A stretch of 64,000 nucleotides of DNA from a virus: positions 97,916 through 161,915 of IMG/VR virus record IMGVR_UViG_3300023184_008416, one strand, 5' to 3'. The notes below the pieces were generated by a model that did no database searches, was not told the DNA's origin, and saw only the letters and a list, made by a program, of their open reading frames with translations. This document shows, piece after piece, positions 7,691 through 17,222 of this stretch (position 1 is its first letter; each line of letters begins with the position of its first letter). The position numbers and the translations under genes are program-made.

Positions 7691-10600
7691 GTGGCTGATA
7701 ATAAAGAAAAAGAATTATCAGCCCAATCTGCAGCTGCTACGCAACTTGTTGCTGCAATGATGCAGCTGAATGAAACGTTAAAACAAACGGCGGCATCATG
7801 GGCCTCTGTTTCAGGTGCTGTTCAACAAGTGACTGCTGAGGAACAGAAACATTCAGCAGCTGTTAGTGAAGCAATAAAAAAAGAGGAAGAGTTTAAGACA
7901 GTCACCGGCGAGGTGATGAAGTATATTGAAAACAAAGTAGAATCCGCGACTGGCGCTGTAAAAAAGTATTTTGAGCAGTTTAAAAATCAATCTGCTCCGT
8001 TGTTGGCCATAAAAGGATTGGCCAAAGGTTTTTCTGGATTTTTCTCTACGTTATCTAGCGGATTCACCATACTCTCAGGCGTCGTAGAAGGTCTTTTCAA
8101 CATAGGCGTAGCAATTCTTAAAATTCCGCTCAAAATATTTGAGTCGTTTATTGACATGGCTGGTTCTGCCGGTAGCACTGAATTTGCTCAAGCTTTAGAA
8201 GATATTAGGAAAGAGTTTGGTGCCCTTAACGGACCGACTGCTTCTTCTATCGTTACGACGGCCAAAAATATGCAGGGCTTTACGGCCACTGGTTTGAGTG
8301 TTTATAGAGTTTTTGGTAATACAGCCGAAAGATTAAAAACTGTCGCTGAAGCTGCGGCTGGCATGGGTCCTGCGTTTGATCAGCTGATGGAAGATTTTAA
8401 GGGTGCAGAAGGTCAAGCGTTTGCTTATCAAAAAGGTTTAGGCTTGACCTGGGAACAGATGTCAATCATCACCCAAGGTGCCATGGCCATGGGTAAGAGC
8501 AGTGAGTCTGTCCTGCGTGACATGACCAAGATATCAAATGAATTAGGAGATGCTTTTGGAATTAATGCCAAGGTCATCTCCAAAGACATGGGCAAAGCCC
8601 TCCAAGACGTAGGTCACTTTGCCACGGCGACACAAAAACAATTGGGTCAAGCTGTCGTCTATTCTCGTAAATTGGGTCTAGAGCTGTCCAAAATTACCGG
8701 ATTGATGGATGCCTTCGGAACATTTGAGGATTCTGCAAATGCTGTGTCTGACTTGACGCAGGCAATTGGAATCAATGTTGATGCTTTGAAATTGATGAAT
8801 GCCGCGACGCCCGACGAACAATTGGATTTGTTACGTAAGTCAATGGCCGCCGCAGGCAAGAGCGCAGAAGATTTTAATAGATTCCAATTGAAAGCCGTTG
8901 CATCTACTTTACACCTTGATGAGGGCACTGCAAAGGCTGCTCTGTCAATGAAGAATCAGGGTAAAACACTCGAGGAAATCAAAAAATCAGGTGATAAAGC
9001 CGAAAAGAAAACGATGACCCAAGAAGAGGCAATGAGCAAACTTGCCGACTCTATTGAAAGATTGGTGAAAGCCGGCGAAGACATGAAGGGTGGTTTCTTT
9101 GCTACCTTCATGAAGGGATTTGGAATAGGGTTGCAACAGGCTCCTGAATTCCGCCAAGCTATTATGGCCGTCCGCCAGGCTTTATACGCTACATTCCAGG
9201 CTGGTATTAAATTCGGTAGAATGGTGATGGACACCTTTCCAGGCATCAAGAAAATGTTTTTAGGAATTGCTGAGGCATTCTCCGGACAACGTTTCAGGAA
9301 TTTTTTTAATGAAATCACGCAGTATTTTAGAACTTTCTTCAAAGACCTGTCGTCAGGTAAACACTCGTTTCCCGAATTGATGAAACACTTGAAAGAAAGT
9401 TTTTTTAATTTCTTTAACAAGTCTTCACCGGGCGGGTCAAAATTTCTTGATGGATTAAAGGAAGCGATGAAAGCGATCAGCACTATCGTTGCTGAAGGAA
9501 TAAAGTGGGCGGCCGGTGCTCTGGCCGACGGTTTGCAATACATTACCGATATTATGACAGGTAAGAAAAAGTTGGGCGACCTGGGTAGTGGTACGGAATT
9601 TTTATCGCAAGTTTTAGGACCTATTGCCGAGGCACTTGGACAGGCTGCTGAAAAATTGGGTCCGGTGCTCAAGGATTTCGTGCTTGCGTTGTGGGAAAAA
9701 CTTCAGGAATTGTGGAACAGTGAAGATTTTGCACCCATAAGAAATGCCATCGTCGGTGGATCCATGTTAAAGATGTTCGGTCCGGCAGCGATCAACATTG
9801 GAGGAGGATTGATCGCTAAATTTTTTATGAGCGGAGCCAAAAAGGGAATCGAGCAAGCTGCTCCAAAGATTGCTGCTGATATGGCAACGGCCGGACAAAA
9901 GATTGCCGCCGACGCTCCCAAAGCACTCGAATCTGGCAAGGCTGCCATGTCAGCTGCTGTTCCCAATTCTTCGCAAACGGCCGCTTTAACGGCCGCAGGC
10001 AAAGCTCAAATTGATTGGTCAGGTGTCAAGAAATTCTTGGTAGGATTTGCAGGCGTGGTTGCCATAGGGCTAGTCGCCATGGGAATTGCAATTGCCGCGA
10101 TAAGAACTTTCGATATTACAACCGATGAAATTTTAAAGGCGGGTCTGTTGATGCTAGCTATCGCTGTGACGATGGCACCATTTGTGCTCCTGACCAAATT
10201 TATTTCGTCAATCAAGATTGATGAAAAAACAATGAACAAAACTTTGCTTGCGATGGGAGTTGTTATGGCCGAAGGTCTGGTTGCCTTTGGATTCGCACTC
10301 TTGATGGTGAGCAAGACTGACATGGAGGGTGTTAAAAAGGCGGGAATTGCGTTGGGAATTATCGTTTTGACCATGGCATCTGTAGGTCTGTTGGTTCTTG
10401 AAATGGCTGGTATTGGTTATCTTGTCAAAAAAATGGAAGATAAAATCACAGCAGGTGCGGCTGCGATGGTTGCTACAATAGCAATCATGATTACCACAGC
10501 TACTGTGATAGGTGGAATTACAGCAGCAATGGGTGTGGAGGCAATGAAGGCAGGTGCTGAGTTACTGAGCGTTATATCTAATGTGTTCGTGAAAGTAGGT

Positions 10601-13102
10601 GAAATCCTGTTTGTTGCTGCTGGCGTTGGTGCTATGATTGTTGCAACTGAGGGGATCGGAGCAGGTTTAATGGCGGCAGGCATGGCAGCGTTAGTCTCAG
10701 GTGTTGGAATAATGACAACAACGGCAGTTGGAGTTATGGAGACCTTGTCAACTTTAAAGGAAGACCCGAACACGATTAAGCTGAAGGCACAGGCCTTTGA
10801 ATCAGTGATGAATTCTATCACAAATCTGATGAACGCGATTGGCAATATCTTGGGAACTGTCAAATTTGATCCAACAGATTCTGAAGCCAAGGTCAAAGCC
10901 AAGTTTGGGGGTCTGAATCAATTCATAAAAACTTTGTTGGAGGGTGAAAATGGCAATGCGGGATTGATTGGTGTCGTTCGTTCCATCATCGAAGGTTTAA
11001 AATCTTTGAAACCGTCTGCGATTGAGACGGCAAAGGCAATCGGTGGTATTTTGTCAAGCATCGCTTCATTGATGGACGGCATGGGTAAAAGCATGCAATC
11101 GTTAAATGATGTCGTTAATGGCAGCGGGTTAGCTTCATTTTTGGCTTCGGGCGGTGAAAAAGCTTACAATTTAAATACTGTTCTTACTGGAGCCGGTGAT
11201 TATATAAAAACCGTCACTGGAGCTGCTATCGGTTTAATAAAAGTTATAATTAATGCCTTGAGTGGTATTCCAACGTCTCAGCTTGGTAAATTAAAAGAGG
11301 GAGGTGAGGCGGTCGGTAGTTTGTTGGGAGCTGTTGCGAATTTATTGCATTCAGTTGCCCCCGATCTTTCTGCTTTAACAATGGAGACTCAATCCGGGGG
11401 TACAGTCGCAGGTATTCTTGACGTAGGAGAAAAAAGTAAATATCTTGACATGAGTGCATTAAAAGCAGTTGGTCAACAAATGGGAACGATGTTAGAAAAT
11501 ATTGGAAAATACTTGCCTACTTTAATTGATTCCATGGTTACAGCAATTAATAAAGTTAAATTAAAACCCGAAGACGTCAAAAAAGTAGAGGGTGTTGGAC
11601 ATCTGCTTGGTGCTGTCGGCAGCATTATGTCTGCAATTTCTAGTTCTATCAAACAAGCAAAGTCAACGACAACGACAGATGCAGGTTCAAAACACGAAGT
11701 GGGATTGGCAAGTGCTAGTGTATCCAAAACATCAAAGAACGTTCAAGAGATAGTGAGCGTAGCCCCCAAGTTGTCGGAAATCATAGATTCTATCAAAGAT
11801 TCTTTACCCGATCTTATACGAAGAATAGTGACAGTTGTTGCTTCAATCAGTCTGCCTCCTGGGTTTAAGGAAAAAACTGAGGCGATGGTAAAGTTGTTTG
11901 AGGGTATTTCAGCATTGACTAGCATGTTAGGTAACATGCCACAAATGGGTGCTGAGGGTACTGGTGCTACAGTTGAGCTCGCTCTTCGCCCCTTAACAAA
12001 TTCAATACATCTAGCTCAATGGTTTTTTAAAGGTCTTGCTGACAATAATGAAATTGGAAATTTAATTTCATGGATAGCAGTCGTCCAAGCACAAATTGCA
12101 AAAGGTTCAATTGCGGCCGTTAATTCTACGACAAGTTCATTAACAAAAATGTTTGATGGTATCAAAAATTTGTTTGAAAAATTGAAGGATTTTAAAGATT
12201 TATCAACGAGTGAAGGGAAAACTGATTTCTCTCCAATTCTCGCCGTGCTCGGTGCAGCTACAAGATTTTTACGATCTTTAGCCACCCCCGCCAGCGACAC
12301 AGGTCTTGAAAATCTCAGTTCAGCTCTTAGCAAGGCAAATACAGCAGCTTCAAAAAACAATATGATTGAAAATGCTGCGAATTTGGGTCGCATTTTAAAG
12401 GCTGTTTTTATTGATGGAACTCTGTTTAAAGATGCGTTGCCCAAGATGCAAGGAATGTGGGACGCTGGTAAGAGTGCAGAAGTTGAGACGACAATTTCAA
12501 CAGCAAAGATTTTGTTCACAAATTTATCAACGCAAGGCAATCCTTCTTCTCTTGTTGATTTGAGTCGTTTAATAACAAATGATTTGTCTGTTTCAGCGGC
12601 TTTTTTGGCAAAAGCAACCTTCCCGGACATGAGTTCACTTACAGAAGGTTTAATGACATTCGTAAAGCAATTTGAAAATTTAGGAACTATAATTAAAGAT
12701 TCTGGTGTTGAGCCGACCCTCGAGGCTGTCAATAAGATTATTAATACCTTGAATGAGATGGATGTGGCAATGTCAAAAGCTGTTGACGTGAAATTCCCAG
12801 CCAGATTACAAGCGTTAGCGGGTGGAATAGGTTTAGGCAAAAAAATGACGGTACGTGTTGAGAGGGGAGAAGCAACGATCAATGTTGATCTTGCAGTTGT
12901 GATGGAAGTTGGCAAGGTCGAAAAAGTTTTGTTATCTGGTGAATCTGCGATCAGAAAACGTATAAATTATCTTTTTGATAATGCACAAAAAAAGACAGAT
13001 GACAAAGCAAAAACAGTTGGACAAGACGTTACACAATATGATGGATTTAGTTGGAAGATTGGAGACGATGGTTCTGCTGGCAAAATGCCTCACAATTATT
13101 GA
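7691..13102 (+). CDS. Tape measure protein (1803 aa)
   Basis: Very long Ala/Gly-rich helical protein with a central hydrophobic block, between chaperones and baseplate genes; GTG start with GAGGA SD; ATACTTA at 7651-7657. Confidence 0.85.
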   Translation: MADNKEKELSAQSAAATQLVAAMMQLNETLKQTAASWASVSGAVQQVTAEEQKHSAAVSEAIKKEEEFKTVTGEVMKYIENKVESATGAVKKYFEQFKNQSAPLLAIKGLAKGFSGFFSTLSSGFTILSGVVEGLFNIGVAILKIPLKIFESFIDMAGSAGSTEFAQALEDIRKEFGALNGPTASSIVTTAKNMQGFTATGLSVYRVFGNTAERLKTVAEAAAGMGPAFDQLMEDFKGAEGQAFAYQKGLGLTWEQMSIITQGAMAMGKSSESVLRDMTKISNELGDAFGINAKVISKDMGKALQDVGHFATATQKQLGQAVVYSRKLGLELSKITGLMDAFGTFEDSANAVSDLTQAIGINVDALKLMNAATPDEQLDLLRKSMAAAGKSAEDFNRFQLKAVASTLHLDEGTAKAALSMKNQGKTLEEIKKSGDKAEKKTMTQEEAMSKLADSIERLVKAGEDMKGGFFATFMKGFGIGLQQAPEFRQAIMAVRQALYATFQAGIKFGRMVMDTFPGIKKMFLGIAEAFSGQRFRNFFNEITQYFRTFFKDLSSGKHSFPELMKHLKESFFNFFNKSSPGGSKFLDGLKEAMKAISTIVAEGIKWAAGALADGLQYITDIMTGKKKLGDLGSGTEFLSQVLGPIAEALGQAAEKLGPVLKDFVLALWEKLQELWNSEDFAPIRNAIVGGSMLKMFGPAAINIGGGLIAKFFMSGAKKGIEQAAPKIAADMATAGQKIAADAPKALESGKAAMSAAVPNSSQTAALTAAGKAQIDWSGVKKFLVGFAGVVAIGLVAMGIAIAAIRTFDITTDEILKAGLLMLAIAVTMAPFVLLTKFISSIKIDEKTMNKTLLAMGVVMAEGLVAFGFALLMVSKTDMEGVKKAGIALGIIVLTMASVGLLVLEMAGIGYLVKKMEDKITAGAAAMVATIAIMITTATVIGGITAAMGVEAMKAGAELLSVISNVFVKVGEILFVAAGVGAMIVATEGIGAGLMAAGMAALVSGVGIMTTTAVGVMETLSTLKEDPNTIKLKAQAFESVMNSITNLMNAIGNILGTVKFDPTDSEAKVKAKFGGLNQFIKTLLEGENGNAGLIGVVRSIIEGLKSLKPSAIETAKAIGGILSSIASLMDGMGKSMQSLNDVVNGSGLASFLASGGEKAYNLNTVLTGAGDYIKTVTGAAIGLIKVIINALSGIPTSQLGKLKEGGEAVGSLLGAVANLLHSVAPDLSALTMETQSGGTVAGILDVGEKSKYLDMSALKAVGQQMGTMLENIGKYLPTLIDSMVTAINKVKLKPEDVKKVEGVGHLLGAVGSIMSAISSSIKQAKSTTTTDAGSKHEVGLASASVSKTSKNVQEIVSVAPKLSEIIDSIKDSLPDLIRRIVTVVASISLPPGFKEKTEAMVKLFEGISALTSMLGNMPQMGAEGTGATVELALRPLTNSIHLAQWFFKGLADNNEIGNLISWIAVVQAQIAKGSIAAVNSTTSSLTKMFDGIKNLFEKLKDFKDLSTSEGKTDFSPILAVLGAATRFLRSLATPASDTGLENLSSALSKANTAASKNNMIENAANLGRILKAVFIDGTLFKDALPKMQGMWDAGKSAEVETTISTAKILFTNLSTQGNPSSLVDLSRLITNDLSVSAAFLAKATFPDMSSLTEGLMTFVKQFENLGTIIKDSGVEPTLEAVNKIINTLNEMDVAMSKAVDVKFPARLQALAGGIGLGKKMTVRVERGEATINVDLAVVMEVGKVEKVLLSGESAIRKRINYLFDNAQKKTDDKAKTVGQDVTQYDGFSWKIGDDGSAGKMPHNY

Positions 13103-13113
13103 TAAAAATTCAT

Positions 13114-13344
13114 ATGAAATCGCTTAAAGAACAATTTTTAGAAGATCCAAAATTTTTGAAGATACTTTCACAGGCACGTTCACCCGAAGAACGTCAAAAA
13201 ATTCAATCTGTTGTGTCCAGTTTAATTGGACCACTGTGGTCATCAATGGAAGATCTTTTAAAAGACGTTGAAAACAATCCTGAAAAATTGGAACAAATTC
13301 GCGAAGATATGAATCAAATAATTTCCCAAAAATTTGAGAAGTAG
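13114..13344 (+). CDS. Hypothetical protein (76 aa)
   Basis: ATG 13114 just after the tape measure stop. Confidence 0.55.
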   Translation: MKSLKEQFLEDPKFLKILSQARSPEERQKIQSVVSSLIGPLWSSMEDLLKDVENNPEKLEQIREDMNQIISQKFEK

Positions 13345-13372
13345 TATTTAATTTTTGTAAGAGATTTGTCCA

Positions 13373-16300
13373 ATGCCCCCACCCCCAGATTCCAAGATAA
13401 ATTTAGATACCGGGGATCCGGGATTTGAAATCGATGGTGAAGAATACACATATGATATTGGTGATTCTCAAGATCCGCAGGTACCCGGACCTGGTAAACA
13501 GCGAAAAAAGACTATTGATGTAGATAAATCTTATAATGGTAATTCTGGTCCCAAAGATTTATCTAAAGGTACTCTTTTAACGTTGTCGCAGTACATGAGT
13601 AACCTTACAAATGGTACAAAGGGAACAGCAAAAAGACCTAATTCGTACCCAGTTGATTACAATTCTGCAATAGAAAAATTATCTCTTGAGACCAAAGGTT
13701 ATCCAACAACGCTTTCGCCTACCACAAATTCTCAAAAATTTATCGATTCAGCATCTGCTCCTGGCTTAAATCCCTACGGTAAAAATTATTCATCAATTAG
13801 CGCAACACTAAAAAAGGGTGCTGCGAGCCCAAATAATATTAATGGAAATCTTCTATTACAAAATTTAACACCAACTCCTGTTTCGGATAATGAACCTGGA
13901 TTCCCCATCGAGGGTAAAGTTGGCAGCAAAGATTCCGTTGTTCCTTATGTTTCTGCCATACTAAAAAGAAACAGATTTAAAAATGAAAATGTTTACAATT
14001 CCGGCCAAATGCGTGTGCGTGGAAGTTCATTTAATAATACTTTTGAATACGGCCGCTCCGGCGGCGGCGAATTAGTTAATTCTTCTATAATGAATATGGT
14101 TGGCGTTGAACTCTCTCGCCGTTCGAGCAATGAATTTTTTTCTAATGAATCAAACCAACATCCTAACAATATTGGTAACCAAATTGCTGACGGTCTCACA
14201 CCCAGTTTTAATCAAATAGGGGTACCTCCAGCTACTAAATTTACAACAACATTATTGGAAGCACAGGATGTTTTAAACAAGCTTGCTCGTGATCATCAAG
14301 ACATTACAACGCTCAAATTATCTGATGAAACATGGGGTGCACTGAACAATGTGCATGATACATTCGACGGATTTGACGCCGTAGGCATGGGAATTTTATC
14401 AAGTGTTTTAGTGTTTTCTATTGCTGCTATAATTACAAGCATAAGCCAAATTCTATCATTAATAGGCAGTAAAAACGCAATTTCTGCAAGATATGATAAC
14501 CAGGGCTTGTATAAAAAAGGTTGGTCGCTTATCGATCTTTCACAAAGTTTTAATGGTTCAAAGGGCCTGTCTTACATGGGAATTAGTCCAACTAAGATAT
14601 CTTATTCTGATGCCGTTTTTAATGGAATCATGATCTTTTTTAAAATTAATCCCGAAGATTTATTGAATACTAACAATTTTAAATACAGCGGATTTAATGT
14701 TGTAACTTCTAGGTCGATAGTTAGATCGTCAAAAACATTTTATGATTCTGCTAAAAATTTGTTTACTGTCGCCGGCATACCAAATTTGCTAAAAATAATT
14801 GATATTATAAAATCATCACGCATAATTTTAGCAATCAATACATTCGCGCAATTGGGCGATTTTAACCAGAATGATCGTAAATTTAATTTAGACAAGCAAC
14901 CTGCTATAGGTTTTACTACGACCAAAAATAGAAAAGTTGCAAATTCACCAGGTTTGGCGTGGTCATCTGTAAGTACGCCAAGCGCATTCTTAATACCCAG
15001 TAATATTTTACCATTTTTGAGTCGAGCAAGTACAGATCCTGAAAATTCAATGAAAGGTGTTCACGCTGATCTTGGCGCGTTTTCTTACCAGACGCCAGAA
15101 AATAGGCTTTCCCAAAACGTAGTTGAACGTGTTGAAGAGCAGATGGATTCGGAATACATGCCTTTTTATTTTCACGATTTGCGAACAAATGAAATTATTT
15201 CATTTCACGCATTCCTGTCGTCATTGACAGATGGATTTACCGCAAGTTATGACAGTCATGAATCATTTGGAAGAGTAGAACCGGTAAGAACTTATAAAAG
15301 CGCTGAACGTAAGATAGGGATGTCATTTAGTATTGTTGCGACAGGACCCAAAGATTTTGACGAGATGTACAAAAAGATCAATAAATTGGTGACCCTTGTC
15401 TACCCCCAGTTTACTGCCGGTAAAAAACAACTCTTATCATCGGGTAATAAAACTTTCACCATGCCGTTCAGCCAAATGCCTGCAGGAAGTCCGTTGATTA
15501 GATTAAGGTTAGGCGATATCTTTAGGTCAAATTATACCAAATTTGCACTAACACGCCTTTTCGGCGCAGTGCGTGAGACAAAAGACGTACTAAACGGGGA
15601 CAGAGAGGCAAAAAACAACGATAGTTTAAAAGCGTCAATTCTAGCAAATGAAATGAATGTCATAGATGCAGACCAAAATGTGCGCAAAGTTTTGGGTAAT
15701 CCTGATACTGATGCTCTAGCAATAAAAAACTATACTGATGCTGTCAAGGAGCTAGCAAAGTCCCAAACCTCTTTCAAGAAATCACAACGTAAAATTGTTG
15801 ATATCTCGTCAAGATTAGAACCAAAGCCGCTAAGAAATTCTACCTATGATTCACTTTTCCGCCCGATACCTGGAATTTCTTATGAGGGTAAAGATGCAGA
15901 CAATAACAAGTTTACGCTGCGATCAGATCAATGGAGTTATTTGTACGATCACATCGGTTTTAAGCGTAAGCCAAATGGTAAATTTTTTATAGATGAAGGA
16001 AATACAGCCCCAGATGTGTTTGCATCCCTGAAAGAAGTTGGAGCCGTATTAGTTGAGTATAATATACCCATTAGTTTTTTAAATATAAAGGGTTATAATA
16101 ACATAAGATCACAAAAAGATGACAGTTTTGTTGACCCAGGTGAGTGGACAGAATCGGGGATAGATTTAACCCAGAGAAATAATGCAATTGTAAGATATTT
16201 TGAAGAAACGAGTGGAAAGGGTCTTGCGGGATTCATAGAATCTATGAACTTTAGTTGGCTTGATGGAACCTGGAATACGACCAAGAATTTTGATTCTCGA

Positions 16301-16918
16301 GCACCAATGATTTGTAAAGTCGATATTACATTTGCTCCTGTCCACGATATTACTCCGGGATTGGATCACTATGGTTATAACAGAGCTCCTGTCTATCCTG
16401 TCGGTGCATACATGGCGCAAGTTGGACTTGGAAATGGTGGCGATGTTAGTGGCGACGGTGAAAATGTTAGTCCTGACGTGGTCGGAACCCCACAACTTTC
16501 AGATGAAGAAACTGCAATCGCCGCATCACCCGACGTGGTCGCCGCATCACCCGACGTGGTCGACATGGAGTATGACCCCGATGTGGTCGACATGGAGTAC
16601 GACCCCGAAAATCCCGCCACTAATCCCAAATCCCCCCCTCTCCAAATTCATGAAACTCCCGGTTACAGAACAATCAAGGTTGGAAACACGAGGGTAGTAA
16701 AATTTGAACCTTATAAGTATAATCAAAGTGGAGAGCCAATTTCAGGAAACCCCGGAAATCCAGCCGCGATTGTTGCAGCATACAATCAATACAACCACAC
16801 TAATCTTACTGTTGAAGATCTCTACAATGCAGACCCAAAAACGTCCGATAAAGTTTACAAGGATGCCCGTGCGTATTTTACCCGAACTGGTCAAATAACC
16901 AAAGGATTTCCAAAGTGA
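13373..16918 (+). CDS. Baseplate/tail-tube initiator-like structural protein (1181 aa)
   Basis: Central YMPFYFHDLRTNEIISFHAFL..LTDGF...FGRVEPVRTY...SPLIRLRLGD domain typical of contractile tube-initiator proteins; position after the tape measure. Confidence 0.6.
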   Translation: MPPPPDSKINLDTGDPGFEIDGEEYTYDIGDSQDPQVPGPGKQRKKTIDVDKSYNGNSGPKDLSKGTLLTLSQYMSNLTNGTKGTAKRPNSYPVDYNSAIEKLSLETKGYPTTLSPTTNSQKFIDSASAPGLNPYGKNYSSISATLKKGAASPNNINGNLLLQNLTPTPVSDNEPGFPIEGKVGSKDSVVPYVSAILKRNRFKNENVYNSGQMRVRGSSFNNTFEYGRSGGGELVNSSIMNMVGVELSRRSSNEFFSNESNQHPNNIGNQIADGLTPSFNQIGVPPATKFTTTLLEAQDVLNKLARDHQDITTLKLSDETWGALNNVHDTFDGFDAVGMGILSSVLVFSIAAIITSISQILSLIGSKNAISARYDNQGLYKKGWSLIDLSQSFNGSKGLSYMGISPTKISYSDAVFNGIMIFFKINPEDLLNTNNFKYSGFNVVTSRSIVRSSKTFYDSAKNLFTVAGIPNLLKIIDIIKSSRIILAINTFAQLGDFNQNDRKFNLDKQPAIGFTTTKNRKVANSPGLAWSSVSTPSAFLIPSNILPFLSRASTDPENSMKGVHADLGAFSYQTPENRLSQNVVERVEEQMDSEYMPFYFHDLRTNEIISFHAFLSSLTDGFTASYDSHESFGRVEPVRTYKSAERKIGMSFSIVATGPKDFDEMYKKINKLVTLVYPQFTAGKKQLLSSGNKTFTMPFSQMPAGSPLIRLRLGDIFRSNYTKFALTRLFGAVRETKDVLNGDREAKNNDSLKASILANEMNVIDADQNVRKVLGNPDTDALAIKNYTDAVKELAKSQTSFKKSQRKIVDISSRLEPKPLRNSTYDSLFRPIPGISYEGKDADNNKFTLRSDQWSYLYDHIGFKRKPNGKFFIDEGNTAPDVFASLKEVGAVLVEYNIPISFLNIKGYNNIRSQKDDSFVDPGEWTESGIDLTQRNNAIVRYFEETSGKGLAGFIESMNFSWLDGTWNTTKNFDSRAPMICKVDITFAPVHDITPGLDHYGYNRAPVYPVGAYMAQVGLGNGGDVSGDGENVSPDVVGTPQLSDEETAIAASPDVVAASPDVVDMEYDPDVVDMEYDPENPATNPKSPPLQIHETPGYRTIKVGNTRVVKFEPYKYNQSGEPISGNPGNPAAIVAAYNQYNHTNLTVEDLYNADPKTSDKVYKDARAYFTRTGQITKGFPK
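16520..16608 (+). repeat. Nested tandem repeats (21 bp x2, 27 bp x~2) encoding AASPDVV / DMEYDPDVV
   Basis: gccgcatcacccgacgtggtc x2 followed by gacatggagta(t/c)gaccccga x2. Confidence 0.9.
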
Positions 16919-16924
16919 TTTAAT

Positions 16925-17221
16925 ATGGCACACTCCAGGTACACAACAAACACTCCGGTATTAGGATCTAATCCCTATCGCGGAACTTCACGCACGGTTT
17001 CTATTATACGATCGGCGATTCTTACAGGTGATTTGAGTTATACTCAACGAATTGTGACCGGCGTAGAAAGACTGGACACCGCCGCTGGTCGTGAGTATGG
17101 TGACGGCAGATATTGGTGGATTCTTGCCGCAGCTTCAAATATAGGTTGGGGTTTACAGATTCCCCCTGGAACAATACTGTACATTCCCTCGTTGTCCGAC
17201 GTTTTATTACTGGTGTCGTAA
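16925..17221 (+). CDS. LysM-type baseplate wedge protein (gp53/P2 gpX-like)
   Basis: ERLDTAAGREYGDGRYWWILAAASNI...IPPGTILYIP. Confidence 0.8.
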   Translation: MAHSRYTTNTPVLGSNPYRGTSRTVSIIRSAILTGDLSYTQRIVTGVERLDTAAGREYGDGRYWWILAAASNIGWGLQIPPGTILYIPSLSDVLLLVS

Positions 17222-17222
17222 C

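Noticed and set aside
4107-12915. Long minus-strand ORFs (e.g. 4107..4997, 5614..6249, 8956..9672, 12016..12915)
   Set aside because: They are antisense to Ala/Gly-rich genes, with no motifs or RBS; an expected codon-bias artefact.
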